Positions 29,800-40,193 are shown, counted from the first letter of the whole stretch. The stretch: DNA of 63,575 nt, filler included, from Acidimicrobiia bacterium (GCA_029210695.1; 5 parts of 5 records of this genome joined end to end with filler, not necessarily neighbours in it), one strand, 5' to 3'. Translations and numbers: made by a program. The notes: generated by a model from the sequence alone, not told the origin.

Positions 29800-31589
29800 A
29801 CCGTCCGAACATCACCGTCCCGCTCCGTGACGCCGTTGGCGTCCATCCATTCGAGGAGCGGGACGGCGTATTTCCTGGACAGTCCGAAGAGATCACGAAA
29901 CTCGGCGACCGTGAACGGACCCTGCATCGCTCGAATGCGCTTTGCCAGGGCGTCGAGTTGGTCGGGCAGATAAACCAGTTCGGGGCCGACCCGGATGATC
30001 CTCCGGTCACGCAGAAGGGCATGCAGGAGATCCGGATCTATTGGTAGTTCCTTGATCCGGGGGACGGTGAGCCCCGCCGACTGCAGGCTGCTGCGGAGGT
30101 TTTCCCATTCGCCTTCCCGGCCGGCATCGAGGCCTCCTTCGAAATCCACCCCGGCGACCGTGGCCCCGTCGTCCCGCAGATCTCCGCTTCGGGCGATCAG
30201 CACTTCGAGAGAGTCGAGGTCGATCCCCAGCCCACTTGCCAGGCTGGCCTTCTGGATGCCCGGCCGCAGTGGATTCCCACCATGGAAAGAGCGAACCAGG
30301 CCTACCGCGCGGGAAGTCAGCTGCTGGGCCAGGGTGTGGGCCATTGCGCGCTGCTTCACCACGACGGCATCTGCCGGTTTCCCACCTCCGGAGTGAGCCG
30401 ACAGTCGGGCGAGATCCTCGATCTTGCGCGAATCCAGGAGTGCGCCGGCCAGGGCATCGGGCCCCCGTCCCAAGGCGTCGCGCAGCTTTGGGAGCGATGC
30501 AAGAACGTCCGGGCGACGCGGGCTCGGGGCCGGATCGAGGACCCGGCCCCCTCCGACGACGGCCCGGCGCCCAGTCTCGCGGAGGATGAAACGATCCCCG
30601 GCGACGACCGGAATCCGTTCAGGCAGGCGGAGGAGGGCAGCTCCCGGTCCCGTCAGCGCAGCATCTTCAATGAGGCGTAGAGTGACCGGCCAGGAACCGG
30701 ACCCTAGGTGCAGGTGAAACGCACCACGATTGGTCAGGGGATCCTCGACGTAGCGGGCCGGCCGGACGTCGACGAGCAGCGTGTCGCTGGGCGCCCATTG
30801 GCCCGGAATCCCGAGCATGTTGCCCCGCTGAACCTCCCTGCGTTCGAGTCCTGCAAGATTGATGGCGCAGCGAGTTGCCGGCGGAACCGAGTCGAGTTCC
30901 GTTTCGTGCGACTGGAGTCCGCGTACCCGCACCTCGTGGCCTCCCGGCCAGAGCTCGAGACGGTCGCCTAGACGGACGGTTCCGTCGGTGAGGGTGCCGG
31001 TCACGACGGTCCCCGCCCCCGAGATGGTGAACGCCCGATCGATCCAGAGTCGCGCCCGGCCGTTGGGCTCGAGACTCCGGCCCGCTTCATCCACGATCCG
31101 AACGAGATGGTTGATTAGCTCGTCGTACCCCTCCCGGGTCGGCGCGGCCACGGGAACGAGTGGAGCCCCGGCAAATACGGTCCCCTCCAGTTGCTCTTCT
31201 ATCTCGAGCATTGCGAGTTCGAGGAGATCGTCGTCGACCCGGTCCCGTTTCGTCACTGCTACCAGCCCGTGCCGCACGCCGAGCAGGTCGAGGACGGCCA
31301 GATGCTCCTCGGACTGAGGCATCCAGCCCTCGTCGGCTGCGACCACGAGCAGCGCTACGTCGATCGCTTCAGTGCCGGCCAGCATGTTCTTGATGAATCG
31401 TTCGTGGCCGGGGACGTCGACGAATGACACTTCGGTCCCATCGGGAAGCGTCGTCCAGGCGAACCCTAGGTCGATGGTTAGACCGCGACGTTTCTCCTCA
31501 TCCCAACGGTCGGGATCCCGGCCGGTCAATCCTTCGACCAGTGTGGACTTTCCATGGTCGACATGCCCGGCGGTGCCGATTACCGGCAT
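29787..31589 (-). CDS. selB: Selenocysteine-specific elongation factor SelB
   Basis: IGTAGHVDHGKS, EEKRRGLTIDLGF, DVPGHERFIKNM, C-terminal wHTH FRDLFGLSRKYAVPLLE. Confidence 0.96.
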   Translation of the reverse strand: MPVIGTAGHVDHGKSTLVEGLTGRDPDRWDEEKRRGLTIDLGFAWTTLPDGTEVSFVDVPGHERFIKNMLAGTEAIDVALLVVAADEGWMPQSEEHLAVLDLLGVRHGLVAVTKRDRVDDDLLELAMLEIEEQLEGTVFAGAPLVPVAAPTREGYDELINHLVRIVDEAGRSLEPNGRARLWIDRAFTISGAGTVVTGTLTDGTVRLGDRLELWPGGHEVRVRGLQSHETELDSVPPATRCAINLAGLERREVQRGNMLGIPGQWAPSDTLLVDVRPARYVEDPLTNRGAFHLHLGSGSWPVTLRLIEDAALTGPGAALLRLPERIPVVAGDRFILRETGRRAVVGGGRVLDPAPSPRRPDVLASLPKLRDALGRGPDALAGALLDSRKIEDLARLSAHSGGGKPADAVVVKQRAMAHTLAQQLTSRAVGLVRSFHGGNPLRPGIQKASLASGLGIDLDSLEVLIARSGDLRDDGATVAGVDFEGGLDAGREGEWENLRSSLQSAGLTVPRIKELPIDPDLLHALLRDRRIIRVGPELVYLPDQLDALAKRIRAMQGPFTVAEFRDLFGLSRKYAVPLLEWMDANGVTERDGDVRTVQAG

Positions 31590-32911
31590 GCAGACTCCAG
31601 CGCCGCCAACAGGGCGTCGTCGTCGGCCTCCGGGACAGCGCGAAGATCGATTATCAACTCGCCGGCATCACGCCTCGCTACCACCGGCGGTTCGGCGGCG
31701 AGGAGTCGATCCCAAACCAGGTCGACGGTGACCCCGTAGATGGCGAGAACCGGCGTCGGTAGCTCTGCTCCCGGCACCGAGCCGGCACCCGGCACAGAGT
31801 TGCTCTGACGAATCTCTCCACCGGCGACTCCCTGGAGACGTGTGAGCCGCGGCCGGAGTTGCTCGTCGGATTTCGTTGCCATCGACCAGAAAGGGATCTC
31901 GGCGCCGCGTCCATCGGCGTAGATCTCCAGAGTGGCGGCCAGGGCGGCGAGATTAGAGCCGTCGATGCGAAGCGCTCGGGCGATGGGATGTGTCGACATC
32001 GTCTCGATGGCCCCGGCAGTTCCGACGACGATGCCGGCCTGGGGACCGCCGAGGAGCTTGTCCCCCGAGAAGGTGATCACATCGGCTCCGGTCGCTAGTG
32101 CCTGCCGCACGCCCGGCTCACCTCCGAGCCAGGTGGGTGGTGGGCCATCCAGCCATGGAACGTTGTCGTCGAGCAGCCCCGAGCCGATGTCGAACGCGAC
32201 CGGGACCTCGTGGGCCCGTCCGATCTCGACCAGATCGGCGAGCGGAGTGTCCTCAGCGAACCCCATCACGCGGTAGTTCGAGGGGTGGACCTTCAAGAGC
32301 AGGGTGGTGTCGGTAGTGATGGCACGTTCGTAGTCGGATCTGCGGGTACGGTTGGTCGTTCCGACCTCGACCATGCGGGCGTGACTGGCCGCCATCAGCT
32401 CGGGCAACCGGTAGGAGCCACCGATCTCGATCAACTCGCCTCGCGAAACGGGAACCCGGCCGTCGCCTCCAATGGCTGCCAGCGTCAGGAGCAACGCACC
32501 CGCATTGTTGCCGACCACCATGGCCGCCTCGGCACCGGTCAGATTGCGGAGGAGATCTTTCACGTAGGCGCCCCGCCCACCTCTGCTACCGGTGGTGAGG
32601 TCGAATTCGAGGTTGCCGTATCCGGTGGCGGCCAGGTGGGCCGCATCGGCAGCCGCGGGCGCAAGGGGGGCCCTACCGAGATTCGTGTGCAACAGAACGC
32701 CCGTCGCATTGAGCAGGCGGTGCGGCTTCGAGCGGCTTGCTCTCGAGAGCCTGTCCGCCGCCAGGGCAGCGGCGTCGGCTTGTTCGCCTGCAGTGATCAG
32801 TTGGCGGGCCTCATCGATCGAGCGGCGCACGATCTCGGTAACCAGGCCCACCGGAAGCGGAGAGTTGATCTGGCGAACCAGAGCGTCGACGGAGGGGAGG
32901 TGCCGCAGCAT
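31580..32911 (-). CDS. selA: L-seryl-tRNA(Sec) selenium transferase SelA
   Basis: LPSVD, NATGVLLHTNLGRA, SRGELIEIGGS, EVGTTNRT, FSGDKLLGGPQAG. Confidence 0.96.
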   Translation of the reverse strand: MLRHLPSVDALVRQINSPLPVGLVTEIVRRSIDEARQLITAGEQADAAALAADRLSRASRSKPHRLLNATGVLLHTNLGRAPLAPAAADAAHLAATGYGNLEFDLTTGSRGGRGAYVKDLLRNLTGAEAAMVVGNNAGALLLTLAAIGGDGRVPVSRGELIEIGGSYRLPELMAASHARMVEVGTTNRTRRSDYERAITTDTTLLLKVHPSNYRVMGFAEDTPLADLVEIGRAHEVPVAFDIGSGLLDDNVPWLDGPPPTWLGGEPGVRQALATGADVITFSGDKLLGGPQAGIVVGTAGAIETMSTHPIARALRIDGSNLAALAATLEIYADGRGAEIPFWSMATKSDEQLRPRLTRLQGVAGGEIRQSNSVPGAGSVPGAELPTPVLAIYGVTVDLVWDRLLAAEPPVVARRDAGELIIDLRAVPEADDDALLAALESACR

Positions 32912-32947
32912 GCAAATAGCCTAGACATGCTCGTATTCTGTGGATAT

Positions 32948-33310
32948 ATGTTGATGCTGGCTTTCATCGTGGTCCCGGTTGCAGAGCTGTACGTCCTGAT
33001 GAGTGTGGAGGGTCGGATCGGTCTGGCCGCCACACTTGGGGCGATTCTCCTCACCGCAATCGTTGGCGCCGGTCTGCTGCGGAGGCAGGGGATGGCGACA
33101 ATGTCGGCGATCCGTCGGCAGACGGCCACCGGGCAGTTTCCCGGGAGAGATCTTGCGCACGGCGGAATCCTGCTCTTTGCAGGCGGATTGCTCCTCACTC
33201 CGGGGTTCATCACCGACGCCGTTGGATTCGCTCTCCTCGTACCCGCCATCCGGGAGGTTGTGCGGTTGCGGCTCGCCCAATACTTCCGGGAACGCACCAT
33301 CATCCTCTAA
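32948..33310 (+). CDS. fxsA: FxsA family membrane protein
   Basis: FIVVPVAELY, LLRRQG, GGLLLTPGFITDAVG; real start lies well inside the long track ORF. Confidence 0.9.
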   Translation: MLMLAFIVVPVAELYVLMSVEGRIGLAATLGAILLTAIVGAGLLRRQGMATMSAIRRQTATGQFPGRDLAHGGILLFAGGLLLTPGFITDAVGFALLVPAIREVVRLRLAQYFRERTIIL

Positions 33311-33326
33311 CTCGACTTGAGGTCGC

Positions 33327-34172
33327 GTGAGAACGCGCGAAACTGTTCTCAACCGCTCCGACACCCACCGAGGCATTGTGGAGACCCAAAGGCTGCTCGC
33401 CCCCAATCCTGGTCTGTTCACGGGTCCCGGCACGAACACTTACGTGCTGCGATCGGGAGACGACGCGCTCATCGTTGACCCGGGTCCGATCGAGCCATCC
33501 CACCGCACCGCCATCCTCGACGCCGTTGCCGCCTCCGCGGTACGGGGCATTCTCGTTACTCATTCGCACCCCGATCATGCGCCCCTCGCCAATCCGCTGG
33601 GGCTGGAACTGGATGTTCCCGTGTACGGATACGAGCCCGGTCCCGGATTCGACCCCGACATCCAGGTGGATGACGGGGATCGGGTGGCCGTTGGCTCCGA
33701 GGAGTTGAAGGTGGTCTATACGCCGGGGCACTCGGCCGATCACCTCTGCTTCCTGGCAGGCGACCTGCTATTCACGGGCGACCACATCATGGGAGGCTCG
33801 ACCGTCGTGGTCGAAGATATGGTGGCCTACCTCGCCTCACTCCGCCGTCTCACGGCCATCACGCTGCAGCGCCTCTATCCGGGCCACGGGCCGGTCATGG
33901 ATGATCCATACGCGGTCATAGACGATTACATAAGTCACCGGCTCGAACGCGAACAACAGATCATTGCCGCACTCGAAGCTGGTGCAGGTACGGTAGGAGC
34001 CGTCGTGGAAGCGGTGTACGCAGATGTAGATCCCGCCTTACATCCGCTCGCCGCTCACTCCGTGGCCGCTCACCTGCACAAACTGCTCGTGGAAGGCAAA
34101 GTGACGTTCGCCGGCGATGCGCCTGTCCTTTGGAGCGCCATTGTTGGGCTGATCGGAGCTTCCCGTGAGTAG
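33327..34172 (+). CDS. MBL-fold metallo-hydrolase (LACTB2-like)
   Basis: [40 protein letters not shown]. Start may be 33378. Confidence 0.92.
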   Translation: MRTRETVLNRSDTHRGIVETQRLLAPNPGLFTGPGTNTYVLRSGDDALIVDPGPIEPSHRTAILDAVAASAVRGILVTHSHPDHAPLANPLGLELDVPVYGYEPGPGFDPDIQVDDGDRVAVGSEELKVVYTPGHSADHLCFLAGDLLFTGDHIMGGSTVVVEDMVAYLASLRRLTAITLQRLYPGHGPVMDDPYAVIDDYISHRLEREQQIIAALEAGAGTVGAVVEAVYADVDPALHPLAAHSVAAHLHKLLVEGKVTFAGDAPVLWSAIVGLIGASRE

Positions 34173-35343
34173 AACCGCCCGGCTGCTGGCCACCGTTGTC
34201 GTTCTTGCCCTCCTTGCCGCCCCGGCGGTCGCGCAGGTCACCGACGATGACCTTTCTGCCGCTGAACAGGAGGTGGCCACGACTCGGGCGGAACTCGAAG
34301 TCCTGGCGGCTGAGTTGGAAGCGGCAACCGTCCGCTCGATCGAACTGGACATCGAACTCGCTCGCCTCAATCGGTCGGTCTTCGAAACGCAGGTTCAGGT
34401 CGATGCTTCCCTGGAACAACTGCAAGCGCGAGCCGTGGAGCTGTACACCGCGGCCGCCTCCAACCGGGTTTCTCTGGTGTTTTTCTCGGGAACGCCGGAG
34501 CAACTAGGCGCAGGTCTCAGCTATCTGGAGAGCCTGGCAATCGATGATGAGCAGCTGATCAATGATCTGGCGGGGCTCCAGACGGAGTATGAACGCCAGC
34601 TTGGTGTGCTTGCCGAGCTCGAACAGGAGCAGCAACTCAATGTTGCTCGACTGGATGCAGCAGCCGCAGCCCTCAATGATCGACTCGACGCCGCCCAGGC
34701 TGCCTACGTCGCCCTAGTCGAGCAGCGACGGATTGAGGATGAGGAGCGCCGGAGAATCGAGGAGGAACTTCGCCGACTCGAAGAAGAGCGCCTGCGCGCC
34801 GAACAGGCTGCCCGGGATGCCACCTCGACGACGACGACCACGACGATCGTCAGTACGACCTCAACCGCGGCCGGCGAGACCACCACCACCGTGACCGGTG
34901 AGTCGACGACAACCACGACCACCGTCGTCGTTGCGACGGGCGGCCTGGTGTGTCCCGTCGATGGTTTCTCAGCCTTCACGGATACCTGGGGAGCGGCGCG
35001 GAGTGGCGGAAGGGGCCATCAAGGCGTGGACATGCTGGCTGCGAGGGGTACGCCGACCGTGGCGATCGAGTCGGGGAAGATCCGCCGGATGGGTAACGGG
35101 GGTCTCGGCGGCATCACGATCTGGTTGACCGGTCAATCCGGGGATGAGTACTACTACGCGCACCTGGACGACTGGGCGCCCGGGCTTTCGGTCGGGCAAT
35201 CCGTCTCCGTAGGGGAGCTGGTCGGGTACGTCGGTTCGACCGGGAACGCGTCGTACAGCGTGCCGCACCTGCACTTCGAGTTCCATCCCGGCGGCGGACC
35301 GGCGGTCAACCCATATCCACTGGCCAAGGTACTTTGTGGGTAG
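34165..35343 (+). CDS. Secreted M23 peptidase with coiled coil
   Basis: Signal peptide, coiled coil, Thr-rich linker, HQGVD, YYYAHL, HLHFE. Confidence 0.92.
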   Translation: MSRTARLLATVVVLALLAAPAVAQVTDDDLSAAEQEVATTRAELEVLAAELEAATVRSIELDIELARLNRSVFETQVQVDASLEQLQARAVELYTAAASNRVSLVFFSGTPEQLGAGLSYLESLAIDDEQLINDLAGLQTEYERQLGVLAELEQEQQLNVARLDAAAAALNDRLDAAQAAYVALVEQRRIEDEERRRIEEELRRLEEERLRAEQAARDATSTTTTTTIVSTTSTAAGETTTTVTGESTTTTTTVVVATGGLVCPVDGFSAFTDTWGAARSGGRGHQGVDMLAARGTPTVAIESGKIRRMGNGGLGGITIWLTGQSGDEYYYAHLDDWAPGLSVGQSVSVGELVGYVGSTGNASYSVPHLHFEFHPGGGPAVNPYPLAKVLCG

Positions 35344-35370
35344 TTCTAGGTTCTGGGTTTTGACCCAGCA

Positions 35371-35408
35371 GGCAACTGGCAATTGGCAATTGGCAATTGG
35401 CAATTGGC
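35371..35408. repeat. Heptamer tandem repeat (GGCAATT)x5
   Basis: GGCAACT followed by four GGCAATT. Confidence 0.9.
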
Positions 35409-35459
35409 CCCCTGCTTGGACTCGCGATTAGGAACTCGCGACTAGGCACTCCACGCGCA

Positions 35460-35487
35460 GCGAGGGTCGCCTTTCGGTGACCCTCGC
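35460..35487. terminator. Strong hairpin, probable terminator
   Basis: GCGAGGGTCGCC-TTTC-GGTGACCCTCGC (GAAA loop on the minus strand). Confidence 0.65.
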
Positions 35488-35647
35488 CTGGTGTGATGCG
35501 CTTCCGGCGGAAAAGCCCTCCCAGCCGGTTCGACAACCCTGGCACGTTCAGTCCCTAGTATCGACCACGGAGAGTGTTTGCTTGGGTGGCATAAAAACAT
35601 AGCATCATATGACTAGTTAGCCATCTCGGAGCAGAGAGCGGAATTGT

Positions 35648-36796
35648 CTAAGCAGAACTGGCCTCCATGGCGTCCACAAGCCGGGCGATCCGGGCAGTGC
35701 AGGTTTCGTCTTCCACGGGTGGCACCAAGTCGATAACACGCTGCGCGGTCGCCCTGAGAGCCGCTCCGGCGGCCCCGTCTGGAGCAACTCTCGCCACCGG
35801 GTTCCCGGAGTCGCCACCTTCCACGACGCCGGCGTCGAGCGGAATCTGTCCGATCAACGGCACTCCGATTGCCTCCGCCAGTTCCGTGCCGCCACCGGAA
35901 CCGAAGAGGTCGTAGGTCTCGCCGTGCCCGCAGGTGAAGCCGGCCATGTTCTCAATGACTCCGACGACAGGCATGTAGGACCGTCTGGCCATGTCTGCGA
36001 CCCGGATGGCCACCTTCTGGGCAGCCTTCTGCGGTGTCGTGACGACCACCATCTCCGCCTGGGGTAGGAGCCGGGACAGGGCCATTTGAATGTCGCCGGT
36101 TCCCGGGGGAAGATCGATGATGAGGTAGTCGAGTTCACCCCAGGCGACCTGGTGGAGGAACTGCTCCAGTGCCTTGGACAGCATCAGCCCGCGCCACATC
36201 AGGGCGGTTTCCTCCGACTCCACGATGAGCCCGGTCGAGACCACCGCGATGCCGTGCACATCGACCGGAATGATGACCTTCTCGTCATTCGCCTCGAGGC
36301 GCTCGGTCGTGCCGAGCATGCGGGGAATCGAGAATCCCCAGATGTCGGCGTCGAGCAAACCGACTCGATAGCCGAGATCCGAGATGGCGACGGCCAGGTT
36401 CACGCTGACCGACGACTTACCGACGCCACCTTTGCCCGAACCGACTGCAATGACCCGGGTCTTGGGGTCGACTCTGGTTGGCTCGGCGTTGTCCCTGGCC
36501 GTTCGCCTGGCTCGTTCCATCACACCCGAACGCTGTTTCTGCGTCATCGCCCGGATGTCAATGTGGACGTCGGTGACGCCGTTGAGTGCCGACACCTTGC
36601 GAACTGTGTCTTCTTCGATCTGTGAGCGCATTGGGCATTCGGCGATTGTGAGTGCGATGCCCAGCGTCACTTCGCCGGTCGGCGTGATGTCGACGTCCTG
36701 AACCATGCCCAGTTCCACGATATCTGCCCCCAGTTCGGGGTCAAACACACCACGGAGAGCCTTGAATACGTCTTCATGTGTAAGCACGTAGGTCAT
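35648..36796 (-). CDS. mrp: Mrp/ApbC Fe-S cluster carrier ATPase
   Basis: DPELG/CPM N-terminal domain, SGKGGVGKS, DADIWG, MWRG, DLPPGTGD, IENM. Confidence 0.94.
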   Translation of the reverse strand: MTYVLTHEDVFKALRGVFDPELGADIVELGMVQDVDITPTGEVTLGIALTIAECPMRSQIEEDTVRKVSALNGVTDVHIDIRAMTQKQRSGVMERARRTARDNAEPTRVDPKTRVIAVGSGKGGVGKSSVSVNLAVAISDLGYRVGLLDADIWGFSIPRMLGTTERLEANDEKVIIPVDVHGIAVVSTGLIVESEETALMWRGLMLSKALEQFLHQVAWGELDYLIIDLPPGTGDIQMALSRLLPQAEMVVVTTPQKAAQKVAIRVADMARRSYMPVVGVIENMAGFTCGHGETYDLFGSGGGTELAEAIGVPLIGQIPLDAGVVEGGDSGNPVARVAPDGAAGAALRATAQRVIDLVPPVEDETCTARIARLVDAMEASSA

Positions 36797-36889
36797 GGTA
36801 CCGGGTATTTCCACTATGGGGACATTGCAAATTACACGTGAATCAGGGGTATAGTGACAACCCCAGATCGAGCTCAGGAGTTTGGAACA

Positions 36890-37252
36890 ATGAGTCAACC
36901 GTTGACGTTCAAGTCGAGCGTTCCGCAGAAGGCCGTCGACCTCACAGACGGTGCTATCGACAAGCTGCGCCAGTTGATCGATGCCGAAGGGGATGAGACG
37001 ATGGCTTTGCGTTTGGCCGTGAAAGCAGGCGGCTGTTCGGGGTTCTCATATGAGATGTTCTTCGACAACGAGTTCGATGCCGCCGACACCGTCGAGGAAT
37101 TCGATGGGGTCAAGGTGGTGGTTGATTCGCAGAGCCTCGAAATGGTCCGGGGTGCGACTCTCGACTACAAAGACGCCCTCACCGGCGCCGGGTTCGCCAT
37201 CAACAACCCGAACGTGACCCGTTCCTGCGGGTGCGGCAACAGCTTCTCCTAG
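36890..37252 (+). CDS. A-type Fe-S carrier (ErpA/IscA/HesB)
   Basis: GGCSGFSY, NPN...SCGCGNSF; AGGAG RBS before ATG 36890. Confidence 0.95.
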   Translation: MSQPLTFKSSVPQKAVDLTDGAIDKLRQLIDAEGDETMALRLAVKAGGCSGFSYEMFFDNEFDAADTVEEFDGVKVVVDSQSLEMVRGATLDYKDALTGAGFAINNPNVTRSCGCGNSFS

Positions 37253-37266
37253 TAGGTGGGTGGCGG

Positions 37267-37287
37267 CCTGCCGGCGAAGCCGGCAGG
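37267..37287. terminator. Hairpin between convergent genes
   Basis: CCTGCCGGC-GAA-GCCGGCAGG. Confidence 0.55.
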
Positions 37288-37371
37288 TTCGAGTTCCTAC
37301 GGAACTCGTCGATAGTCGCGGTAGCGGACTGTACCGATATCGGCGACGCTCTGAGCCAATTGCCATCTTGC

Positions 37372-38097
37372 TCACGCGACCACAACGAACGCGATCGTGG
37401 CCACGATGATGATGATCCCGAGCACGATGGTGATCGGGAGGATGACCCACCGACGGAGTTGGCGGAAGATCGGCTGGATGTAGCCGCGCACCCTTCCCAG
37501 CACCGACCCGGTCCACTCGGCGATCGACCCAACCGCCGACCCTGAGAAGGTTCCTTCCTCGAGTCGGGCGGTCATGCGGCCGAGGATGTTTCCGATGGCC
37601 CGTTCGCTCAATGCGCCCAGCGGCCGTCCCAGAAACCAGACTCGCTGCTGGATGGCCCGACCGACGGCGGGCGTGATCATGACGAGCAGCAGGCCGTCGG
37701 CGAGTTGTCGATCGTTCGGGGGATTCTCAGCGCCGACCAGGTCGGTTTGGAGTTGCGCGGCCGCAGCCTGTGTCACGGATATGAGTTCACCGGTCTGGGC
37801 TTCGAGATTGGCGCCCAGGCTTCGTACCCAGATCACCGCGCCGAGCGAGACCACGATCACGGCTCCAATCAGCGTGAGCACGACGACCCGCAGGGAGCCG
37901 CCCCCGTTCTGCACGCTGAGCCAGATCACCAGGACCACACACGCCAGGGCAGCCGAAGCCCATCTCGCGGCGCGAGTGATGGAGTCGAGAACCGATGAGG
38001 TGACGTCGAGCGCATCAACGACTTCCTCATGCTGGTATGCGCCAAAATCGATGCCGGTGCTATCGATGAGTTGCTGCCGGAGTTCCTCGCTTCGCAT
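37372..38097 (-). CDS. Hypothetical membrane protein
   Basis: ORF from MRSEELRQQ with 3-4 hydrophobic helices. Confidence 0.7.
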   Translation of the reverse strand: MRSEELRQQLIDSTGIDFGAYQHEEVVDALDVTSSVLDSITRAARWASAALACVVLVIWLSVQNGGGSLRVVVLTLIGAVIVVSLGAVIWVRSLGANLEAQTGELISVTQAAAAQLQTDLVGAENPPNDRQLADGLLLVMITPAVGRAIQQRVWFLGRPLGALSERAIGNILGRMTARLEEGTFSGSAVGSIAEWTGSVLGRVRGYIQPIFRQLRRWVILPITIVLGIIIIVATIAFVVVA

Positions 38098-38201
38098 GTT
38101 TGCCAGTTTGTCGAACTGCCACGCTCTGAGCCAATTGCCCGGCGCTTCTCGCCACCCATTCCACCGGCGTACCCGCCCGCACGACCAGTTACCCTTGCCG
38201 T

Positions 38202-38582
38202 ATGCCAAAACAAGTACTCAATACCCCCAGTGCACCTTCTGCCCTCGGCCCCTATTCGGTTTCCGTCGAGGCTGCCGGCCTCGTCTTCATCTCCGGTCAG
38301 GTGGCCATCGATCCCGCCTCCGGTGAACGGGCCCCGGATGACGTGGTTGCTCAGGCGAAGCAGATAATGACCAATATCGAGGCGATTCTCGGAGATGTCG
38401 GCCTCGGGTTCGGCGACGTCGTCAAGACGACCATCTTCCTGGCCGACATGGCGGACTTCCCGAAGGTAAATGAAGTCTACGGCGCCGCCTTCCCGGACAG
38501 TCCTCCGGCCCGTTCCACCGTCGAGGTGAGCGCGTTGCCTGGTGGCTTCTTGGTCGAGATCGAAACCATCGCGGCCCGGTGA
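38202..38582 (+). CDS. RidA/YjgF enamine-imine deaminase
   Basis: APSALGPYS, ISGQV, VVKTTIFL, PARSTVEV, VEIE. Confidence 0.94.
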   Translation: MPKQVLNTPSAPSALGPYSVSVEAAGLVFISGQVAIDPASGERAPDDVVAQAKQIMTNIEAILGDVGLGFGDVVKTTIFLADMADFPKVNEVYGAAFPDSPPARSTVEVSALPGGFLVEIETIAAR

Positions 38583-38596
38583 GAGAGGACTCCAAC

Positions 38597-40114
38597 GTGG
38601 ACACACAACAGGTACTTGCTGAACTCGGCATCAAGGAATTCAACAGCGGCGCCTATGCCGGTGGGTGGATCGAAACCCACGGTTCGGAGCTGCCGAGCTA
38701 CAACCCGGCTACCGGTGAGGTGATCGCCACGATCATCAGAGCGAATGGGGATGACTACCAGAAAGTCATCTCCAACTCGGTCGAAACGTTCGAACGGTGG
38801 CGCATGCTGCCGGCGCCGAAGCGCGGGGAATATGTCCGCTTGGTGGGCAATGCTCTGCGCCAGAAGAAGACTGCGCTCGGGGCGCTGGTCACGATGGAGA
38901 TGGGCAAGATCCTTCCCGAAGGGGAGGGTGAAGTTCAGGAGATGATCGACATCGCCGACTTCGCGGTGGGCCTCTCCCGTCAGCTCTACGGTTTGACGAT
39001 GACCTCTGAACGCCCCATGCACCGCATGTACGAGCAATGGCATCCGCTCGGACCGGTCGGCACGATCACCTCGTTCAACTTCCCGACCGCGGTGTGGTCC
39101 TGGAACTCACTGATTGCCGCCGTGTGCGGTGACACGAACATCTGGAAGCCATCGAGCGAAACCCCGCTGACGGCCATCGCGGTGACCAAGATCACCGATG
39201 CGGTCATGGCCGGTACGGGCTTCGAGGGCGTATTCAACCTCGCCATCGGTTCAGGTTCCGATGTAGGTGATCTCATGGTGAAGGACCATCGAGTGCCGCT
39301 CGTCTCGGCGACCGGATCGTGCGACATGGGATACAAGGTGGGGACGGAACTCGCCAAGCGCCTCGGACGGGCAATCCTGGAATTGGGCGGTAACAACGCC
39401 ATCATCGTGATGGACGACGCCGATCTCGAGCTGGCCGTTCGAGCGGCCACGTTCGCGGCGGTGGGAACGGCCGGGCAACGCTGCACGTCCCTGCGCCGGA
39501 TGATCGTCCACAAAGACGTCTTCGACGAGGTCGCCAAGCGACTGGTCGCTACCTACGCACAGGTCACCATCGGAGATCCACTCGAGGCCGGCATTTTGAT
39601 GGGACCTCTGGTCAACGAGACGGCCGTCTACAACATGCTGACCGCTCTCGATCTCGCCACTCAGCAGGGCGGCGAGGTTCTCACCGGCGGCAACCGCCTG
39701 GAGAATCTCGGCCCTGCGTTCATCGAGCCGACGGTGGTCAGGATGCCGAAGGACGCACCGATCCTCCAGGAGGAGACATTTGCGCCGTTGCTCTACTTGA
39801 TCGAAGTGGACTCGCTCGAGGAAGGCATCGCGGTGCAGAACGGCGTCCGTCAGGGATTGTCGTCGGCCATCTTCACCGACTCGCTCAAGAACGCCGAGAA
39901 GTTCCTGTCGCATTTCGGGTCGGACTGCGGGATCGCCAACGTCAACATCGGGACCTCCGGCGCGGAGATCGGCGGAGCGTTTGGTGGCGAGAAGGAGACC
40001 GGTGGAGGCCGCGAGGCCGGTTCCGACTCCTGGAAGGCTTACATGCGCCGCCAGACCACGACGATCAACTGGGGCGACGACCTCCCGCTGGCCCAAGGCG
40101 TCGAGTTCGTGTGA
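38597..40114 (+). CDS. Aldehyde dehydrogenase, ALDH7 / piperideine-6-carboxylate dehydrogenase type
   Basis: GEVQEMIDIADFAVGLSRQLYG, LELGGNNA, GQRCT, DCGIANVNIGTSGAEIGGAFGGEK. Confidence 0.93.
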   Translation: MDTQQVLAELGIKEFNSGAYAGGWIETHGSELPSYNPATGEVIATIIRANGDDYQKVISNSVETFERWRMLPAPKRGEYVRLVGNALRQKKTALGALVTMEMGKILPEGEGEVQEMIDIADFAVGLSRQLYGLTMTSERPMHRMYEQWHPLGPVGTITSFNFPTAVWSWNSLIAAVCGDTNIWKPSSETPLTAIAVTKITDAVMAGTGFEGVFNLAIGSGSDVGDLMVKDHRVPLVSATGSCDMGYKVGTELAKRLGRAILELGGNNAIIVMDDADLELAVRAATFAAVGTAGQRCTSLRRMIVHKDVFDEVAKRLVATYAQVTIGDPLEAGILMGPLVNETAVYNMLTALDLATQQGGEVLTGGNRLENLGPAFIEPTVVRMPKDAPILQEETFAPLLYLIEVDSLEEGIAVQNGVRQGLSSAIFTDSLKNAEKFLSHFGSDCGIANVNIGTSGAEIGGAFGGEKETGGGREAGSDSWKAYMRRQTTTINWGDDLPLAQGVEFV

Positions 40115-40120
40115 GTAAAC

Positions 40121-40176
40121 CCCATTCTGGCGTCAGAAAGCGCGCAATTCTGACGGGTTTCTGACGCCAGAACGGG
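40121..40176. repeat. REP-like intergenic inverted repeat
   Basis: TTCTGGCGTCAGAAA (40125-39) / TTTCTGACGCCAGAA (40158-72), perfect 15 bp, 18-nt loop. Confidence 0.8.
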
Positions 40177-40193
40177 TGAGAGAGGTGCCGAAC

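Noticed and set aside
37255..37310. tRNA-Sec candidate (GCAGGTTCGA)
   Set aside because: Only a T-loop-like word next to a hairpin; no cloverleaf or UCA anticodon.
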